This document shows positions 10,006 to 23,037 of a stretch of 64,000 nt of DNA, in pieces (the stretch's first letter is position 1; every line of letters begins with the position of its first letter). The DNA is taken from positions 310,001 to 374,000 of the forward strand of contig JAYWIR010000053.1 in the NCBI GenBank assembly GCA_036172245.1, in the 5' to 3' direction. Origin of the DNA: Raillietiella orientalis (Eukaryota). The position numbers were made by a program, and so were the translations under genes. The notes beneath the pieces are model-generated. The model saw only the letters and a program-made list of their open reading frames with translations, ran no database searches and was not told the DNA's origin.

Positions 10006-13000
10006 ACTTGCTCCGCGGCTCAAAGTATTGTGCTCTTGACAAAGTAATTAGTTAATTGTGCTCGTGTGTGCCCGGAGAGGGGAAGTTTTTAAGACGAAAC
10101 TAAAAAAAAGAAGCGGCGAGGAGATCGCGGCAAAAGACCTGCAGTGGTCCCGTGCAGCAAGACGAGCTGCCAGGATGCAGGCACCTAGAAGAGGAGTGGA
10201 GAGACCGTCGTCCCCCATGGAAGCCATGGAGGTAACGTGCGGCAACGGCGAGGCGGTGGCAGGCATGCCGAGGATCGCGCCCGCGGCGGGCTTTGCTGCG
10301 CCGGCGGCGGCGATGCCAAGGGTCGTGCCCGCGGCGACGACGGCGGAGGTCGTGCCCGCGGCGGCGACGCCGAGGATCGTGCCCGCGGCGGGGAAGGTCG
10401 CGCCTGCGGCGGCGATGCCGAGGGTGCCGCCCGCGGCGGTAACGGCGGCAACGTCGAGGTTTGCGCCCGCGGCGGTGGCGACCCAAGCGGGACCCGCGGG
10501 CGTCCACGCGGTGCAGGGAGCGACGCCATCTTGTTCGGCTGCGGCGTCGCAGCCCTTTTCTTATGCGTCATTGGCGGCTGGACAGGCGAGTGACCACCCA
10601 CCTCGGAAATTCGGTAAGCCGCTTAGCGGAAAAGTACTAAAAGTGGACCGACCAATAGTCGAAATAGGCCCCAACGTGAAGCCCATTATCTTCAAGACGT
10701 GGCTAATAAAATTAAATAACATCAGGGAGGTCTATTTGTCCCTCGACAAGACGGACATAGACTTTGATCGCATTCAGGCGATCATTCCATCGAACAACGG
10801 ATTCACAGTCTTTAAAGACTGTGAAAACATTAGAGAGCGATTGATCCAGAAGGGGATCCATATACAAGGACGGATGGTTTGTGGTATTGGCGAAATGCCA
10901 TACACAACCGTCTTTTTAAACGGCATCTCCATCCTCACACCGCAACTAGCGGTGTGGAATTCCTTGGAGCAGTTTGGGGAAGTTCTGGACCTTGAATTCC
11001 AGAACTTCTCTGGAAACATATTTTCTGGCGACATGATCCCAAGATGAAGTTGAGGGAGGGAGCGGTGATCCCTGGATTGGCCGTTATTGACGAACAATCC
11101 CAGGGAGTGAATGTGCGTTACCGGCAACAACCGGTATTCTGCACCGGGTGCAAGCAGTTCGGCCACAGGGCCGGCTCTTGCCCAACGTGTCGTTGTTTCC
11201 GCTGCGGCAAAGTAGGACATCAAGTCCGAAACTGCCCGCAGCCGGAGGTGTGCTCCTTCTGCAAGAAACACGGACATGCGAAATGGAGCTGTGCGGAGTT
11301 TGCAAACTGCAGGAGGATTCGAGGTCTCTCTCCCGTGAGAGAGAGAAACACCGAGGAGGCGGAACAGCCTCAGAAGGCAGGAAGGCCGAAGAAGGTGAAA
11401 GAAGCCGTTGCGGTATCGGAAAACGGCTTCATACAGGTAGGGAAGAAAGGAAAGAGGAGGATGCTCGTCAAGGAGCAAGAAACCCCTTTTATCCTGGAAC
11501 GTGAAGAGCAAGAAGGCGAGAGGATGGAGGTAGCGCAGGAAGGCGCGGAAGAAGAAATAGCCAAAGCCACTTCGGTGTCGCAGGAGGCCCTGCAATCTAC
11601 GGAGGAGTTCGCATCACTGGCTAATGAAGTCCTAGAAGTGCAGAGCGGTCACCAGCAAGAGAAAATCTTGCAGAAGATCTGCAATGCACAGGAGAACATC
11701 AACCAGGTGGTGGAGGTCGCTGAACGCGAGAAGTTAGAGGAACAGCTTCTCGACGTGAAGGCGAACTTCTGCGCCAAGGTCGAGATAGAGGCGCTATCTC
11801 GAAAATTGATCGCGCAGGCGGAACACTCTTCGGAGGAGGCGGAAATTACCGACCTCACAGGTACCGAGAGTGACGCCGGCAGCGAGAAGCCCGCTGCTTC
11901 TTCATTGTCTGGAAGAGCACGCTCTCTCAGACAGAAGAAGCTCAGGAAGGTTAAAAAATAGGTCTTCCTTTTTTATGGTCTCTTCCCTATCGACCGCCAT
12001 CAGGATGACCATCGCCTCCTGGAACGTAAACGGTGTGGTCGACCAGGGAAAAAGAAAAAGGATTGTGCAGACCGTCGCACAACAAGACATCGTGTGCCTG
12101 CAGGAGAACCACAGGATGGGTCTGGAGATAAGCCAGCGAATGGAACGACGATTCAACGGGCAGATGTTCGTCAACGAAGGAGAACGGTACACGAAGGGTG
12201 TGGCGGTGCTAATAAAGAACCACTTAGCCCCCACAATTCTGGAAGTGTTCTGTCCCCAACCCGTACGAATCATCGGCGTGCGACTGGCCTGGTCCGCGAC
12301 TGTTCACCTTATCCTGGTGAACGTGTACGGGCCGCACAGGCTAAAACATCGTTGCGCGGAGGCGCTGCATGCAACACTCCGGCAAAAGGTCGCCCCTAAG
12401 GACGTCGTGATTGTTGCTGTCGATCTCAAGTTCTTGGATGTGATCATTCATTCGGAAGACGCCAGAGGAAGGACGGCGTATCGACGGCTATCCGAGGAGT
12501 TCGGACTGGTCTGGCGAACAGCAAGCCAAAAGCCAATCGATCACGTCCTGCACAGCACCGAACTTGGGAACCGCATCCAGGGGTTTCGCGACACTATGAC
12601 TACGGTGTCCGATCACCCCCTGGTGCGGTTTTCCCTAAGAACGGAGAATCCTCAGCGGAGGCAAGGCACCAGGGCGGCGCTCGTCAGCATGCCCGTCTGG
12701 TTCGAAACCAGTCCCGGAAATCAGGCTGTCCTGGAGACGATTCTGAAGGCAACAACCATCCGAAAAGTCGCCGACTGGGACAGCCTGAAACACAGAATGC
12801 ACCTGTTATCAAACATCCAGTTCGGAGATAGGCGTTTGAGGCAGGAGGCGTACCGGGAGCTGAACATCCAAGATCGCTCACTCTCGAAGTACTTCGTTCA
12901 GTACGAGAGTCGGTACGTCTTTAAGAACATAAAAGGGTAAGTCGACGTGCTGGAGAAGAGAAATCTGGCAACAGATATCTTCTGCATTCAGAACGACGGT

Positions 13001-15627
13001 CAAAAGCGACAGTCGTCTGAGGACATCGTGGATGTTTTTCAAAGGCATTACACGAAACACTTTAGGCGACAACATCTCTGTCGCTCTAGTCAACAGGCCT
13101 TTCTGAGCTACCTCGAGAAGAGGACCGACGACCTCCAGCGGAACAGACTGGAGGAGGAGATCTCCGAAGAAGAGGTGAAGACTGCGTTTGGGCAACTTCG
13201 CAAGGACGTGACAGCGGGCCCCGACAGTGTACCCATCACGCACTATCAGCGGTACCTGCACGCCTACCTGCGCTTGTTCCACCAATTGACCCTCTGCATC
13301 CGGGAAGAAGGCAGACTACCTCAGTCCTTCTACGAGAGTCATATGAGATTGCTGCCGAAAGGAGGCGACTCTACCCAGATCGCCCAATGGAGGCCAATCT
13401 CGATTCTAAACTCCGATGCCAAGTGGTTGGCGAAGATCTGGTCCAACCGCTTAGGCAAGGTCATGTCAAGACTGATCTCTCTCGTCCAGACATGTACAGT
13501 CCCAGGACGACACATGTCGGACAATGTCAAGTGTGCCCAGGCCACTGTTGGACTCAGTCGATACGTCGGCGAGAACCTGGTGCTGGTGTTCACTGACATG
13601 GAGAAAGCCTTCGACTCCATCGACCACGGGATGCTGCTGAAGGTTCTGGAGAAGCTAGGGCTCCCGGAACACTTCAGCAGCTTCGTGAGGGCGGTACTCC
13701 AGAACCAGTACTGCCGAATCAAGATCAACTGCCAGGAGACGGCAGCAATCAGGATGGAACGAGTAGTCCGACAGGGCGACTCGCTAAGTCCGATGCTGTT
13801 CGTCATCTATATGGAGGCGTTGTCGTCCTTTATCGAGAAGAGCGGACGACTAAGCGGGATTGCCATCGATAGCCAGCGTCTTACCCATCTGGCATACGCC
13901 GATGATCTACTTTTCTTCATCAAGGGAGAGAAAAATCAGCGTGCGTTTCTGGATGTGGTGGACCTGATCGAACAGGGCTTGTGCTTAAAAATCAATTCCC
14001 AGAAGAGCCAGCTTTTGCCCGTCGGAATACTGGATCTCTCCACTCTAACGGGTAGTGGATTCCGTACGGTGGACACGTCCAAGTACCTGGGAGTCTACAT
14101 CGGCGACGGCTCTGCGTCGAAGATGCTGTGGAAGGAATTCCTGGGGAAAACGGCCAAGGAAACAGCCAAGTACACCCGAACGGACCTTGGGATGAAGCGA
14201 AAGGCCAACATATGGAACGAAGTACTTCTTACGAAAGTGCTTTTCGGGGCGGCCTTCGCGAGGATGAACAAGGACTCTACTAGGGAGTTCGACAAGCTGC
14301 AAAGAAAAACACTCTGGGGTCACTATCGCCCAAGAGTAAGACCGAAACCCCTGTGTCCTCCCAGGGAAGAAGGCGGTTCCGGGATGAAGTCGCTTGCACA
14401 TCCCATGGAAATCATGGATACGCGACACATCCTGGACATTGCCACTCACTGGGATGACTGGCCGTATGCGGCGCACAGGGCCTACGCGTTGTTGCTTAAC
14501 AACTCGAAAGGCCTGATGACTGCGCTGCTAGGCAAAGTAGGGAAATCGATAACAATCGACACGACCTGGAGGAAGAAGCAACGGCTGGTGCGGAAGCACC
14601 AAATCAAGATCGTGCCGCGCAGCAGGGTACTCTGGCAGCACGAGTCCATCCTGGTGATCCCTTGGTTGCTTCCTGTCCAGCCGGACACAAGAAGCTGGAT
14701 CTACCAGCGGTACAGAGTTACCCTACTGCAAATCCAGGAGTGGAGGCGAGGAGGCTACCTACATCAAACACGTATACTTCGGTATACAGAGATGATGTTA
14801 GGAAGGTTTACCCACAGGACCCGCGAAGTCTGGTTCAACCACAACGACTTCGCATGGTCGAGGGTAACCAGAACAAACCTCGGAAGGCTTATCCAAGAAA
14901 ACGCCCGTGACACCAGTGCCCTCCAGGAAGCCTGCGAACGCTACGGGAGAGAACGGTTAAACCTGTTAGCGATCGGCACGACGCTCTGGAGGAGTGGCCT
15001 TCCACCGGGCACCCAGGATGACCTCCTGAAGTTTTATCACGGAGGAATCCAGAGTGGGTCCCGATTGCAGCACTTCACAGGAAGACGGGAAGACCGAGAC
15101 TGCGCAGCATGTGGAGACGACGACACGAGACTTCACGTCTTGACGTGTCCCACACTCCTGCATGAATGGCTGATCCTGAAAAGGATCATAGGACTTACCA
15201 ACAAGTCCGTTATGGAGATCCTCGCCGGGATGTTTCATGGGGATGGTAATGTTCCCTGTTACAATCCCATGGTGAGGACGACCATAGCCCTCTTCATCAC
15301 CGCCATACTTGTGCGGTGGTGGAAAATGAGGAAAGCCAGGAGAGCCGCACCACCGATGGAGATCCTACAAGGGCTCTTGAAGAGGTAAATCGGCATCAGG
15401 AACTGCGGAAAGATCCACGCCTGGACCTACCGATTGATCCTGAAGAGAATCCAGGACGACGCCCGGGACCATCCTGCTGGAATTCCCCCTTGAAAAGCAG
15501 AACTCTAGTGCAACCCAAGGACCCCCAAGTGCAAAATGTTTGTATTGAGTGAGTGAGAGTGCGAATGTAAATTTTGTATTTTTATAGAAAAATAAACTTA
15601 CCCCACCCCTTGTGGGACTTGGGGAAA
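10006..15627 (+). mobile_element. Full-length family A LINE copy A1 (~5.6 kb), inactivated
   Basis: ORF1 with three CCHC knuckles, frameshifted near 11040; ORF2 EN and RT split by TAA 12938-12940; flanked by CCTGCCGAGxCxGxGA 16-mers. Confidence 0.92.
10263..10500 (+). repeat. GC-rich coding minisatellite (PRIVPAA / PRVVPAA-like units) in the A ORF1 N-terminus
   Basis: Recurrent GCCCGCGGCG core; also at about 15900-16110, 29816-30050 and 35452-35640, the last with 17 fewer codons. Confidence 0.8.
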
Positions 15628-15643
15628 CCTGCCGAGTCGGTGA

Positions 15644-18600
15644 ACTTGCTTCGCGGCTCAAAGTATTGTGCGCTCGACAACATAATCAGTTAATTGTGCT
15701 CGTGTGTGCCCGGAGAGGGGAAGTTTTCCAGACGAAACTACAAAAGAAGCGGCGAGGAGATCGCGGCAAAAGACCTGCAGTGGTCCCGTGCAGCAAGAGC
15801 AGCTGCCAGGATGCAGGCACCTAGAAGAGGAGTGGAGAGACCGTCGTCCCCCATGGAAGCCATGGAGGTAACGTGCGGCAACGGCGAGGCGGTGGCAGGC
15901 ATGCCGAGGATCGCGCCCGCGGCGGGCTTTGCTGCGCCGACGGCGGCGATGCCAAGGGTCGTGCCCGCGGCGTCGACGGCGGAGGTCGTGCCCGCGGCAG
16001 CGACGCCGCGGATCGTGCCCGCGGCGGGGAAGGTCGCGCCTGCGGCGGCGATGCCGAGGGTGCCGCCCGCGGCGGCAACGGTGGCGACGTCGAGAATTGC
16101 GCTTGCGGCGGCGTCGTCCAGGGAGGACCCGCGGGCGTCCACGCGGTTGAGGGCGAGACGCCATCTTCTTCGGCTGCGGCAGCGCAGCGCTTTTCCTATG
16201 CGTCGGTGGCAACTGGACAAGCGAGTGTCCACCCCCCAAGAAAATTCGGGAAGCCGCTATGCGGTAAAGTCCAAAAGCTGTATCGAACGATCGTGAAGTT
16301 AGGGATCGAATGTGCAGCCCATCATTTTCAAGATTGGGCTGATCAAGTTCAGTAATATCAGGGAGGTGTATCTGTCCCTCGATAAGACGGATATCAATTT
16401 TGATCGCATACAGGCGATCATACCGGCAAATAACGGGTTCACAGTCTTCACAAACTGTGAAAAGATTAGAAAGCGATTGGTCCAGAAGGGGTTCAATATA
16501 CAAGCGAGGATGGTTTGTGGTATTGGCGAAATGCCATACACAACCGTTTTTCTGAACATCATCCCTATCCTCACACCGCAAGTAACGGTGTGGAACTTTA
16601 TGGAGCAGAATGGGGAAGTTCTGGACCTTTAATTCCAGAACTTCTCTGGAAATATATTTTCTGGCGACATGATTGCGAAAATGAAGTTGAAAGAGGGAGC
16701 TCTGATACCTGGATTAGCCGTTCTTGACAAACAATCCCAGGGAGTGAACGTGCGTTACCGGCAACAGCCGATATTCTTCACCGGGTGCAAGCAGTTCGGC
16801 CACAAAGCCGGCGCTTGCCCAACGTGTCGTGGTTTCCGCTGCGGCTAAGTAGGACAACAAGTCCGAAACTGCCTGAAGCCGCAGGTGTGCTTTTTCTGCG
16901 ATTAACACAGACATGCCAAATGGAGCTGTGCGGAGTTTGCAAACTGCAGGAGGATTCGAGGACTCTCTCCCGTGAGAGAGAGAAACACCAAGGAGGCGGA
17001 ACAGCCTCAGAAGGCAGGAAGGCCGAAGAAGGTGAAAGAAGCCGTTGCGGTATCGGAAAACGGCTTCATACAGGTAGGCAAGAAAGGAAAGAGGAGGATG
17101 CTCGTCCAAGAGCAAGAAACCCCTTTTATCCTGGAACGTGAATAGCAAGAAGGCGAGAGGATGGAGGTAGCGCAGGAAGGCGCGGAAGAAGAAATAGCCA
17201 AAGCCACTTCGGTGTCGCAGGAGGCCCTGTAATCTACGGAGGAGTTCGCATCACTGGCTAATGAAGTCCTAGAAGTGCAGAGCGGTCACCAGCAAGAGAA
17301 AATCTTGCAGAAGATCTGCAATGCACAGGAGAAAGTCAACCAGGTTGTGAAGGTCACAGAGCGCGAAAAGCTAGAGGAACAGCTCCTCGACGTAAAGGCG
17401 AACTTCTGCGCCAAGGTCCAGATAGAGATGCTATCTCGAAAACCGATCGCGCGGGCCGAACACTCGACGGAGGAGGCGGAAGTAACCGACCTCACCGAAA
17501 CAGAGAGTGACGCCGGCAGTGAGAAGCGCGCTGCTTCTTCATTGTGTGGAAGAGCACGCTCTCTCAGAGATAACAAGCTCAGGAAGGCCGAGAAATAGGT
17601 CTTCCCCTTTTATGGCCTCTTCCCTATCGACCGCCAGGAGGCTGAACATCGCCTCCTGGAATGTAAACGGTATGGTCGACCAGGAAAAAAGAAAAAGGAT
17701 TGTGCGAACCATCGCACAACAAGACATAGTGTGCCTGCAGGAGACCCACAAGATGGGTCTCGAGATTAGTCAGCAAATGGAACGGCGTTTCAACGGGCAG
17801 ATTTTCGTCAGCGAGGGAGAACGGAACACGCAGCGTGTGGCGGTCCTAATCAAGAACAACTTGGCCCCCACTATTCTGGAAGTGTTCTGTCCCCAACCCG
17901 GACGAATCATCGTCGTGCGACTCGCCTGGTCCGCTACTGTTCACCTCATCCTGGTGAACGTGTATGGGCCGCACAGGCTAAAACATCGTTGTGCGGAGGC
18001 GCTGCATGCAGCACTCCGTGAAAAAATTGCTTCCAAGGACGTCGTGATTGTTGCTGGCGATCTCAACATATTGGATGAGATTACTCACTCCGAAGACGCC
18101 GGAGGAACGACGGCGTTTCGGCGGTTATCCGACGAGTTCGGACTGGTGTGGCGAACTGCAAGTCACAAGCCGATCGATCACGTCCTGCACAGCACCGAAC
18201 TTGAAAATCGCATCTAGGGTTTTCGAGACATTATGACCACGGTGTCCGATCACCCCCTGGTGCGGTTTTCCCTAATAACGGAGAATCCTTGGCGGAGTCA
18301 AGGCACCAGGGCAGCGCTCGTCAGCATGCCCGTCTGGTTCGAAACCAGTCCCGGACATCAGGCTGTCCTGGAGACGATTCTGAAGGCAACAACCATCCGA
18401 AAAGTCGCCGACTGGGACAGCCTGAAACACAGAATGCACCTGTTATCAAACATGCAGTTCGGAGATAGGCGTTTGAGGCAGGAGGCGTACCGGGAGCTGA
18501 ACATCCAAGATCGCTCACTCTCAAAGTACTTCGTTCAGTACGAGAGTCGGTACGTCTTTAAGAACATAAAAGGGTAAGTCGACGTGCTGGAGAAGAGAAA

Positions 18601-20967
18601 TCTGGCAACAGATATCTTCTGCATTCAGAACGACGGTCAAAAGCGACAGTCGTCTGAGGACATCGTGGATGTTTTTCAAAGGCATTACACGAAACACTTT
18701 AGGCGACAACATCTCTGTCGCTCTAGTCAACAGGCCTTTCTGAGCTACCTCGAGAAGAGGACCGACGATCTCCAGCGGAACAGACTGGAGGAGGTATTCT
18801 TCGAAGACGAGGTGAAGACTGCATTTGGTCAACTACGCAAGGACGTGGCAGCGGGCCCTGTCAGCGTACTTATCACTCACTATCAGCGGTACTTGCATGC
18901 CTACTTGCCTTTGTTTCACCAGTTGACCCTCTGCATCCGCGAAGAAGGAAAACTACCTTAGTCCTTCTACGAAAGCCGGATGAGAGTGTTGTCAAAAGGA
19001 GGCGACCTCACGCAGCTCGCTCAATGGAGGCCAATCTCGATCCTGAACTCCGATTCCAAGTGGTTGGCGAAAATCTGGTCCAACCGCTTAGGCAAGGTCA
19101 TGTCGAGGCTCATCTCTCCGGTCCAAACGTGTGCAGTCCCTGGACGTCACATGTCGGACAATGTCAAGTGTGCCCAGGCCACCGTCGGACTCAGGCAATA
19201 CGTCGGCGAGAATCTGGCGCTGGTGTTCACTGACATGGAGAACGCTTTTGACTCCATCGACCATGGGATACTGCTGAAGGTTCTGGAGAAGCTAGGCCTT
19301 CCCGAACACTTCAGCAACTTCCTGAGGGTTGTACTCCTGAAACAGTACTGCCGAATCAAGATCAACGGCTTGGAGACGGCAGCAATGCGGATGGAACGGG
19401 GAGTCCGGCAGGGCGATTCGCTAAGTCCGATGCTGTTCGTCATCTACATGGAGGCGTTGTCATCCTTTATCGAGAAGAGCGGACGACTGCAAGGCATAAC
19501 AATCGATGGTCAGCGTCTTACCCATCTTGCATACGCTGATGATCTACTCTTCTTTATCAAGGGAGAGAGAAATCAACGAGCGTTTCTGGATGTGGTAGAC
19601 CTGATGGATCAAGGCCTGGATCTAAAGATCAACGCCCAGAAAAGCCATCTTTTGCCCGTTGGAATCTTCGATCTCTCCACTCTAGCGGGGAGAGGATTTC
19701 GAACGGTGGACAAGGCCAAGTACCTGGGTGTCTACATTGGCGACGTCTCAGCGTCGAAGCTATTGTGCACCGAGATCCTAGGGAAAACGGCAAAGGAAGC
19801 AGCCAAGTACACCCGAACGGACCTTGGAATGAAGCGAAAGGCCAACATATGGAACGGAGTACTCCTTTTAAAAGTGCTCATCGGGGCGGCCTTCGCGAGG
19901 ATTTACAAGGAAACCACGATGGAGTTCGACAATCTGCAGAGAAAAACACTGTGGGGATACTATCGCCCAAGAGTCCGACTAAAACCCCAGTGTCGTCCCA
20001 GGGAAGAAGGCGGTTCCGGGATGAAGTCGCTTGCACACTCCATGGAAATCATGGATACGCGAAACATCCTGGACATTGCCACTCACTGGGATGACTGGCC
20101 GTATGCGGCGAACAGGGCCTACGCGTTGCTGTTGAACAACTCGAAAGGCCTGATGACTGCGCTGCTAGGCCGAGCAGGCGTATGGAAAAAAATCGACCCA
20201 ACCTGGACGAGGAAGTAACGGCTGGTGCGAAAGCACAAAATCAAGATCGTGCCGAGAAGTAGGGAACTCTGGCAGGACGAGTCCATCCTGGTGATCCCTT
20301 GGTTGCTTCCTGTCCCGCCGGACACGAGAAGCTGGATCTACAAGCGGTCCAGGTTTACCCTTCAACGAATCCAGGAGTGGAAACGAGGAGGGTACCTTTA
20401 TCACACTCGTATACTTAGGTATATAGAGAAGATGTTAGGAAGGTTTACCCACATGACTCGCGAAGTGTGGTTCAACCACAACGACTTTGCGTGGTCCAGG
20501 GTAACCATAACAAACCTCCGAAGACTAATTCAAGAAGAACACAGTGATATCAGTGCCCTCCAGGAAGCCGCCGATCGCTACAACAGTGAGCGGATGAACC
20601 TGTTAGCGATTGGCAGGACGCTCTGGAGGAGTGACGTTCAACCGGGCACCCAGGATGACCTCCTGATGTTTAAACATGAAGGAATCCAGAGTGGGTCCCG
20701 ATTGCAGCACTACACCGGAAGAAGGGAAGATCGAGACTGCACAGCATGTGGAGACATCGACTCGAGAGTTCACGTCTTCAGGTGTCCCACATTGCTGCAT
20801 GACTGGCTTATCCTGAAAAAGATCATCGGACTTACGAAGAGATGCGTAATGGAGATCCTCGCTAGGATGTTTCAGGGGAATGGTAATGTTCCCTGTTACA
20901 ATCCCATGGTAAACGCGACCATCACCCTCTTCATCACCGCCATACTTGTGCGGTGGTGCAAAATGAG
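15644..20967 (+). mobile_element. Family A LINE copy A2, more degenerate, 3' truncated
   Basis: Colinear with A1; many stops; homology ends at ...GTGCAAAATGAG (20967). Confidence 0.9.
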
Positions 20968-22109
20968 TACTCCAGCTACGGAGGGTGGCTGCGCTGTATC
21001 GGAAAAACTTAGGATTGCTCACCTGTCGCCCTTTGAACGGTAGTGCCTGGTTGCAGGAAACCGTTCGAACGTGGGGACGGTTCGGCATGCAACAATCCCA
21101 ACAGGAACGAAGGTTCCTGTTTGGGGGTTACAGAAGGTGCACGCTTCGCGAGATCCCGGAGGATCCAAAGAAGGGAGCGTAGGCAGGAAGAACCCCCATC
21201 GCTGCTGTGCTGCCCGCGCTGATGGAAGATCTGGACAGCCATGTTGCGACGAAGTGGGTGGTTACAGTAACAATCTCTGGAGAGTAGAAGAAAATAGGAG
21301 AGTGGAAGACGGGCCAGCTAACTGATGCTGCGACCCCGAATACGCCTTCCAATGGAATTCTGCGCTCGGACGCGCTGGTTGATGTTCCCATTTTACATCT
21401 AAAGTGGCCCCCGGTGCTCGTTAACACTTTCGCCCTCCTCTTAAAATGGCTGGAGTGGGCTCTCCTGTTACAGCACTGGGTACTTCCCTGCAACACCCGC
21501 CGACACCACTGGCTCTTGGGAGCGGTGGACCCCAATTGCGTCAGGTGTGGGGAACAAGAGTCCCTCCCCACCTGCTAGTGGATTGTGTTGCCCTTCGGCC
21601 CCTTTGGTTTCGCTTTGCCGCGGCCATCGGAATCCCCTGCGGCAACCCCAGGGACGCACTGAAAGCCCTCTTCGTTGCCGACGCCCTTCGGCCAGCGGCC
21701 TCGTTAGCAGCTTTGTGCTGCCTACGCGGGATCGTCACCGCTTGGAGCAAAGCTACGGGAGGACAACGCGACCAGGGTGCCATCCAGCCAGCCTCCCAGT
21801 TCCTGAGGATGGCGTCCCGATGGCCTTACCTGGATCCAGGAATACAGAAGGAGATTGCCGGCATCCTGCAAAGAATGCAACGGCCCCACCAGCAACTGTG
21901 ATCCCTTCCCTTACCCTCCCAACTTTTTTTATCTTTTTTGTTTTGTTCTTTGTTTTTTCCCCTGCCGTGGTGGACCGTACCGGTCTGCGAACCGGTGACT
22001 AGGCTGGCTCTGTGTTTCTTCGTGCGTGGCTGGAGCAATGGTCTAGCCACCGCACGTTTTTCCAAAGGTTTATTTTACAAAAAAAGGCCCCGGCGAAATC
22101 CGGGGGAAA
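20968..22109 (+). mobile_element. 3' fragment of family B LINE (ORF2 C-terminus, 3' UTR, terminal hairpin)
   Basis: Highly similar to the reverse complement of 47281-48430; ends ...RMQRPHQQL; CCCGG-cgaaat-CCGGG at 22088-22104. Confidence 0.88.
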
Positions 22110-23035
22110 ATCGAACCCCTTGTGGAGATCGACTGCGAGCAATAGGGCCCCCTTCCCCGCCCGGAGGTCCCTTCCTAGCCCGACTGGCGGCCCCAATGTG
22201 GGGTTGCCGACTTTCCCTGTCCCTTTCTTTTCTCTTCTCTGCAGGTGCACCCATGTGCTTGCGAAGAAGAGGTTGGCATCCATACTTCGCGCGGGAACAG
22301 CATAAGTCTGCTCCGGGATAATTACGGATTTTGCCACCTGCCCCTGACGTGAAGCCCATAGCCCTGCTATTAACGTGGCGTTTGTATTCACGATCGTTAT
22401 CGGACGCCAGTTCTTTAAATTCCTGAGGTCTCCCCCTTTCGGAAGGAGCCTCACTCTGGCTGACCGAAACGAGGCGGGAACATCGCCTTCGTCTCGGATC
22501 AGCCTGATCAACTTAAGCAGCAGGGGTGCTAGCTCTTCCGCGAAGCTCTGAAAGAACTCCGCGGGCAAGCCGTCTTCCCCTATAGCTTTACGCCTCTTAA
22601 GCCTTTTGATACCGGCGAGAATTTCGCCCGTGGTAAAAGGCTCGTCGAGGCTTTCCAACTCCTCCTCCCCTATTGCCGGGGCGCCATCCGGAAGCAAGCG
22701 CCGAGAGGCGTTTCGATCCTGGGGCTCCCTGGCGTAAAGGGAGAGATAAAAACTCCGCACGAGATGCCGTACCGACGCCGGGGACGAACATTCATGGCCC
22801 TGGTCGTCCAGCAAGCGGGCCGACCCGGATTGCCAGGCTTGGCGTTCGGCCCCGGCGCGGTACTCGGCCAGGTGACGGACATTAGGGGTTCTCTCGTACC
22901 TACGTGCCTGTAAATAGGCCCGATGGTTGCGAGCACCCTCGCCGAATCCGATGGGCAGGCGATGCAGAGGGAACTGCTCACAGAACTTGCGGACCGATTC
23001 CTTAAAAAGATCCCAGTCCTGGAGATTCCGGAGCG
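22110..23035 (-). pseudogene. Internal ORF2 fragment (EN-RT linker to AVDLHKGFD)
   Basis: KAIGEDGLPAEFF, WRPITIVN, EQTYAVP in ORF 21999-22814. Confidence 0.85.
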
Positions 23036-23037
23036 TC

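Noticed and set aside
10263..10500. CRISPR-like or satellite array
   Set aside because: Degenerate in-frame coding repeat without unique spacers; no cas genes are present.
11940..11980. Programmed -1 frameshift between A ORF1 and ORF2
   Set aside because: The A-run before the stop is not conserved in A2 or A4, and an in-frame ATG lies 13 nt after the stop.
15595..15640. ACTTACC plus hairpin as a U1/U2 snRNA target or ncRNA gene
   Set aside because: Similarity is limited to ACTTACC; there is no further snRNA sequence or Sm site, and it is explained as the A terminus plus target 16-mer.
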